Shown here one piece after another: positions 47,408 through 50,001 of a DNA stretch of 50,001 bases. The first letter of the stretch is position 1. The number at the start of each line of letters is the position of its first letter. The notes under the pieces are model-generated. The model did not search any database. It was not told where the DNA came from and saw nothing but the letters and a program-made list of their open reading frames with translations. Source of the DNA: a virus (lineage: Duplodnaviria; Caudoviricetes); the IMG/VR virus record IMGVR_UViG_3300036845_000765, positions 1 through 50,001 of that record; one strand, given 5' to 3'. The position numbers were made by a program, and so were the translations under genes.

Positions 47408-47820
47408 TCCAGATCATTGACCTTGTCGATATGCCCGTTTCCCAGTACATCGCAACCAACTGTTCCCACGTCCTCTCTGAGCACGATGCGGCCATGCTCG
47501 ACTACTGCCACAAGCTCGGCAAGGTCTACCTGGGCCTAGTCGACTCCACATTCGTCTGTTGCTGGGGACTGATCCCCGGATCCTTCCTTTCCGACCAAGC
47601 CTATCTCTGGATGTGGGCACCTGGGCCAATCGCGCATCAATTCATCTTCATCCGCCAAAGCCAGATCCAAGTTCGCAAGATGCTGGATCGCTACCCTGTT
47701 ATCATTGGCCATTGCAAGCGATCATCGCGCTCGGCCCAGCGTTGGCTGAAATGGCTTGGCGCGGAGTTTGAGAAGACCACAGCGGATATCATCCCGTTCA
47801 CAATCCAAAGGGCTCCGTGA
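47404..47820 (+). CDS. GNAT-fold virion assembly protein (T7 gp13/DUF2833-like)
   Basis: CCWGLI...YLWM...RWLKWLGAEF; canonical position after the nozzle. Confidence 0.7.
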   Translation: MIQIIDLVDMPVSQYIATNCSHVLSEHDAAMLDYCHKLGKVYLGLVDSTFVCCWGLIPGSFLSDQAYLWMWAPGPIAHQFIFIRQSQIQVRKMLDRYPVIIGHCKRSSRSAQRWLKWLGAEFEKTTADIIPFTIQRAP

Positions 47821-48371
47821 TGGCCGATCCGATGACAGCGATGGCTGCGGTCAGCATTGGCGGAACCATCGCTGGTGGGTTGGTCCAAGCCCAAGGCCAA
47901 CAAGATTCCGCCGACGCCCAGGCTGCGGCACTCAATTACAAAGCCGGGGTTGCTGGTCTCAACAAACAAATCGCCGACCAAAACGCCAACTGGGCCATGG
48001 AAGCTGGCGATACCAAAGCCGCCATCTCCGGAATGAAAACCAAAGCCGAGATTGGCAAGACCCTGACCGAGCAATCCTCGTCCGGCATCGATGTCAACTC
48101 CGGCTCAGGTTCCCGAGTGCGCGAAGCCCAGGACACCATCGGCGCGTTTGATCAAAACGTCATCCGCTGGGATGCCAGCAAAACCGCTTACGGCTATGAG
48201 ACCAAAGCTATGACCGATGTCGCCGAAGCCAATCTCGACACCATGGCGGCTGCGGATGTCAAGCGGGCTGGGGATATCCAAGCCCTGGGTTCTTATCTCA
48301 ACATGGGAACCCAGGTTGCATCCAAGTGGACGCAGGGTAAGTCTAGCGGTTTGTTTGGTTCTAGCTCTTAG
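47817..48371 (+). CDS. Internal virion protein (T7 gp14-like)
   Basis: Ala/Gly/Gln-rich, SSSGIDVNSGS motif. Confidence 0.8.
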   Translation: MMADPMTAMAAVSIGGTIAGGLVQAQGQQDSADAQAAALNYKAGVAGLNKQIADQNANWAMEAGDTKAAISGMKTKAEIGKTLTEQSSSGIDVNSGSGSRVREAQDTIGAFDQNVIRWDASKTAYGYETKAMTDVAEANLDTMAAADVKRAGDIQALGSYLNMGTQVASKWTQGKSSGLFGSSS

Positions 48372-48379
48372 GATCGCCA

Positions 48380-50001
48380 ATGCCCCAAGCTCCCCAAGGC
48401 CTGCTCCCAGATGTCTCGCCCTCCGGCCAGGGAACTCCGGATATCTCCCTCCCAGTCCCGACCGAAGCCTTCGGTGGCGCGGTCGGACAGGCTCTGCAAA
48501 CCCTTGGTGGGGATATCACCAAAAGCTCGGACACGATCTGGTCTCGGGCTATGGAGATGCAGGGACTGGCCAATGAAACCGCGGCGAAGGATGCGGACGC
48601 TAAGTACATGATGCAGTCCGGCGTGATGCATGCTAAGTTTATCAATCTCGAAGGCCAGAACGCTAGTCCCGAAGCCTTGGCCAAGCACATTCAAGATCTC
48701 CAAGATCTCCGGACCAACCTTCGCCAAGGGCTGAACCCAGCCGCAGCGAGGATGTACGACGGCTCCTCCCTATCCTTCATGGCGCGGAATATCTTCAACG
48801 CAGCCGGGCACGCTGGGCAACAGCAGAATGTGGCTGCCAATCAAGCAGATCAATCGCGGATCCAGGCCATCGACAATCACATTGGCGACAACCCCCAAGA
48901 CGAAATCGCCTTCAAGCGCGGTATCGCTGCCAAGTCCGCTGCGATCGAGGATATGGGTTCCCGGTCCGGCTGGTCTCCCCAGAAGGTGGATGAAACCAAA
49001 CAAGAATCCATCTCGACCTCGTATGCTCATCGTATCGAAGGCATCGCCAAGACAAACGCTATCGCCGCGCAGAGGATGTTGGATAGCGGAACCAAGGATG
49101 GGTCGATCACAGACAATGATTCGCTAAAACTCCAAGCAACCATCAACACTCGGTTTCGAGACCAGGGCTCCCGAATCATCACCGACCAGGTCCTCGCCAA
49201 TCGCCGGGATGGCAAAGAACGCGACCAACCAGAACAATACTACATCGACAAGGCCGAAGCCCAGGCCGATCAAACGATGAAAGACAACAACATCACCGAT
49301 CCGTTTTTTAAGGATGCGGTGAGGAAGACTATCCAAACCCAGTTTGGGCACCAAATGACTGTCGAACGCAGTCAGGAGTTCCAAGACAAGCAGACCTTGA
49401 CCAACGCTCTCCAACACACCAACGCGGAAGGGTTTCATCCGCGGTCTGTGGATGAACTGAAATCCGTCGACCCAGCCACCTCCGCAGCCTGGGACCGGAT
49501 GCAGCCGACTGATCAAGATCGGTTCCGAGGGATCCTTCGGGATATCGCGGCGGGCAAGCGGATTGAACCAACCGATGAAAACCAAAAGCGTTATACAACC
49601 CTTCTAGGCATGGCCGGCCCAACCGGTGATCGCAATGCGTTTATGAACACGGACATCTGGAAAGAGAACATCCCTCTGGCCCAGCGCAACCAACTCCTAT
49701 CCCTCCAGCGCTCGGCCGTTCTCCAGTCCGCCCAGGACCCGCGGGTTGGTCACGCTATCGGCATCCTCAAACAAGACGCGTCCTTCGCCGGGATCGACAA
49801 AAAGCAAGACGCGGATTCATACTACAACTTCACCGGGGCGCTGCAAGGTGCCTTGGCCCAGTTTCAGGACAACACCAAGCGTGCACCCAACGACAAGGAA
49901 ATCAAGGAAATCGGCAATCACCTGATCCAAGAACAAACCGCTAACACCTGGTTCGGTGGCGCGTTCGGTGGGGAGCCGTTGTATAACATCTCCGTGCCTT
50001 C
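48380..50001 (+). CDS. Internal virion/ejection protein (gp15-like), open to the window end and completed by 183-363
   Basis: MPQAPQGLLPDV... open frame; codon-aligned with the terminal repeat. Confidence 0.85.
   Translation, partial: MPQAPQGLLPDVSPSGQGTPDISLPVPTEAFGGAVGQALQTLGGDITKSSDTIWSRAMEMQGLANETAAKDADAKYMMQSGVMHAKFINLEGQNASPEALAKHIQDLQDLRTNLRQGLNPAAARMYDGSSLSFMARNIFNAAGHAGQQQNVAANQADQSRIQAIDNHIGDNPQDEIAFKRGIAAKSAAIEDMGSRSGWSPQKVDETKQESISTSYAHRIEGIAKTNAIAAQRMLDSGTKDGSITDNDSLKLQATINTRFRDQGSRIITDQVLANRRDGKERDQPEQYYIDKAEAQADQTMKDNNITDPFFKDAVRKTIQTQFGHQMTVERSQEFQDKQTLTNALQHTNAEGFHPRSVDELKSVDPATSAAWDRMQPTDQDRFRGILRDIAAGKRIEPTDENQKRYTTLLGMAGPTGDRNAFMNTDIWKENIPLAQRNQLLSLQRSAVLQSAQDPRVGHAIGILKQDASFAGIDKKQDADSYYNFTGALQGALAQFQDNTKRAPNDKEIKEIGNHLIQEQTANTWFGGAFGGEPLYNISVP
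49820..50001. repeat. Terminal redundancy / circular overlap, right copy
   Basis: Matches 1-182 with 4 mismatches. Confidence 0.97.

Noticed and set aside
1-50001. Prophage, lysogeny module, tRNA genes or alternative genetic code
   Set aside because: No integrase, att site, host genes or cloverleaf recognised; genes are intact in the standard code and use all three stops.

Overview
The window is essentially one complete, circularly permuted dsDNA podovirus-like genome of about 49,819 bp: positions 1-182 recur at 49820-50001 with 4 mismatches, and one gene runs across the join. It has two divergent arms meeting in a control region at about 26.3-27.8 kb. The leftward arm (26.6 kb down to 9.2 kb) carries many small early genes, a recombination module (Cas4/AddB-like nuclease, AAA ATPase, SSB-like protein), a family-A DNA polymerase split into two genes with an N-terminal UDG-like domain, and a P-loop ATPase. 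The rightward arm (27.8 kb through the join to 9.3 kb) carries terminase, portal, scaffold, a BPP-1/epsilon15-type capsid and cement protein, an HNH endonuclease, tail adaptor and nozzle, ejection proteins and lysis genes. I could not recognise an integrase, repressor, RNA polymerase, primase, reverse transcriptase, tRNA or CRISPR array. The most unusual signals are: (1) five genes in the virion operon, including a tailspike-like beta-helix protein, that start with Sec-type signal peptides (cleavage after Ala, +1 Gln) and all have even cysteine counts; (2) a strand-polarised bipartite repeat (TAGTCTGTC...TGATACCAACC) at about 12 loci, some embedded in frame in unrelated proteins as DTN/SDTN repeats; (3) a PolA split inside its proofreading domain with His at the 762-equivalent position; (4) two covarying RNA hairpins in early-gene leaders. 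All family calls come from motif recognition by eye, not database searches.
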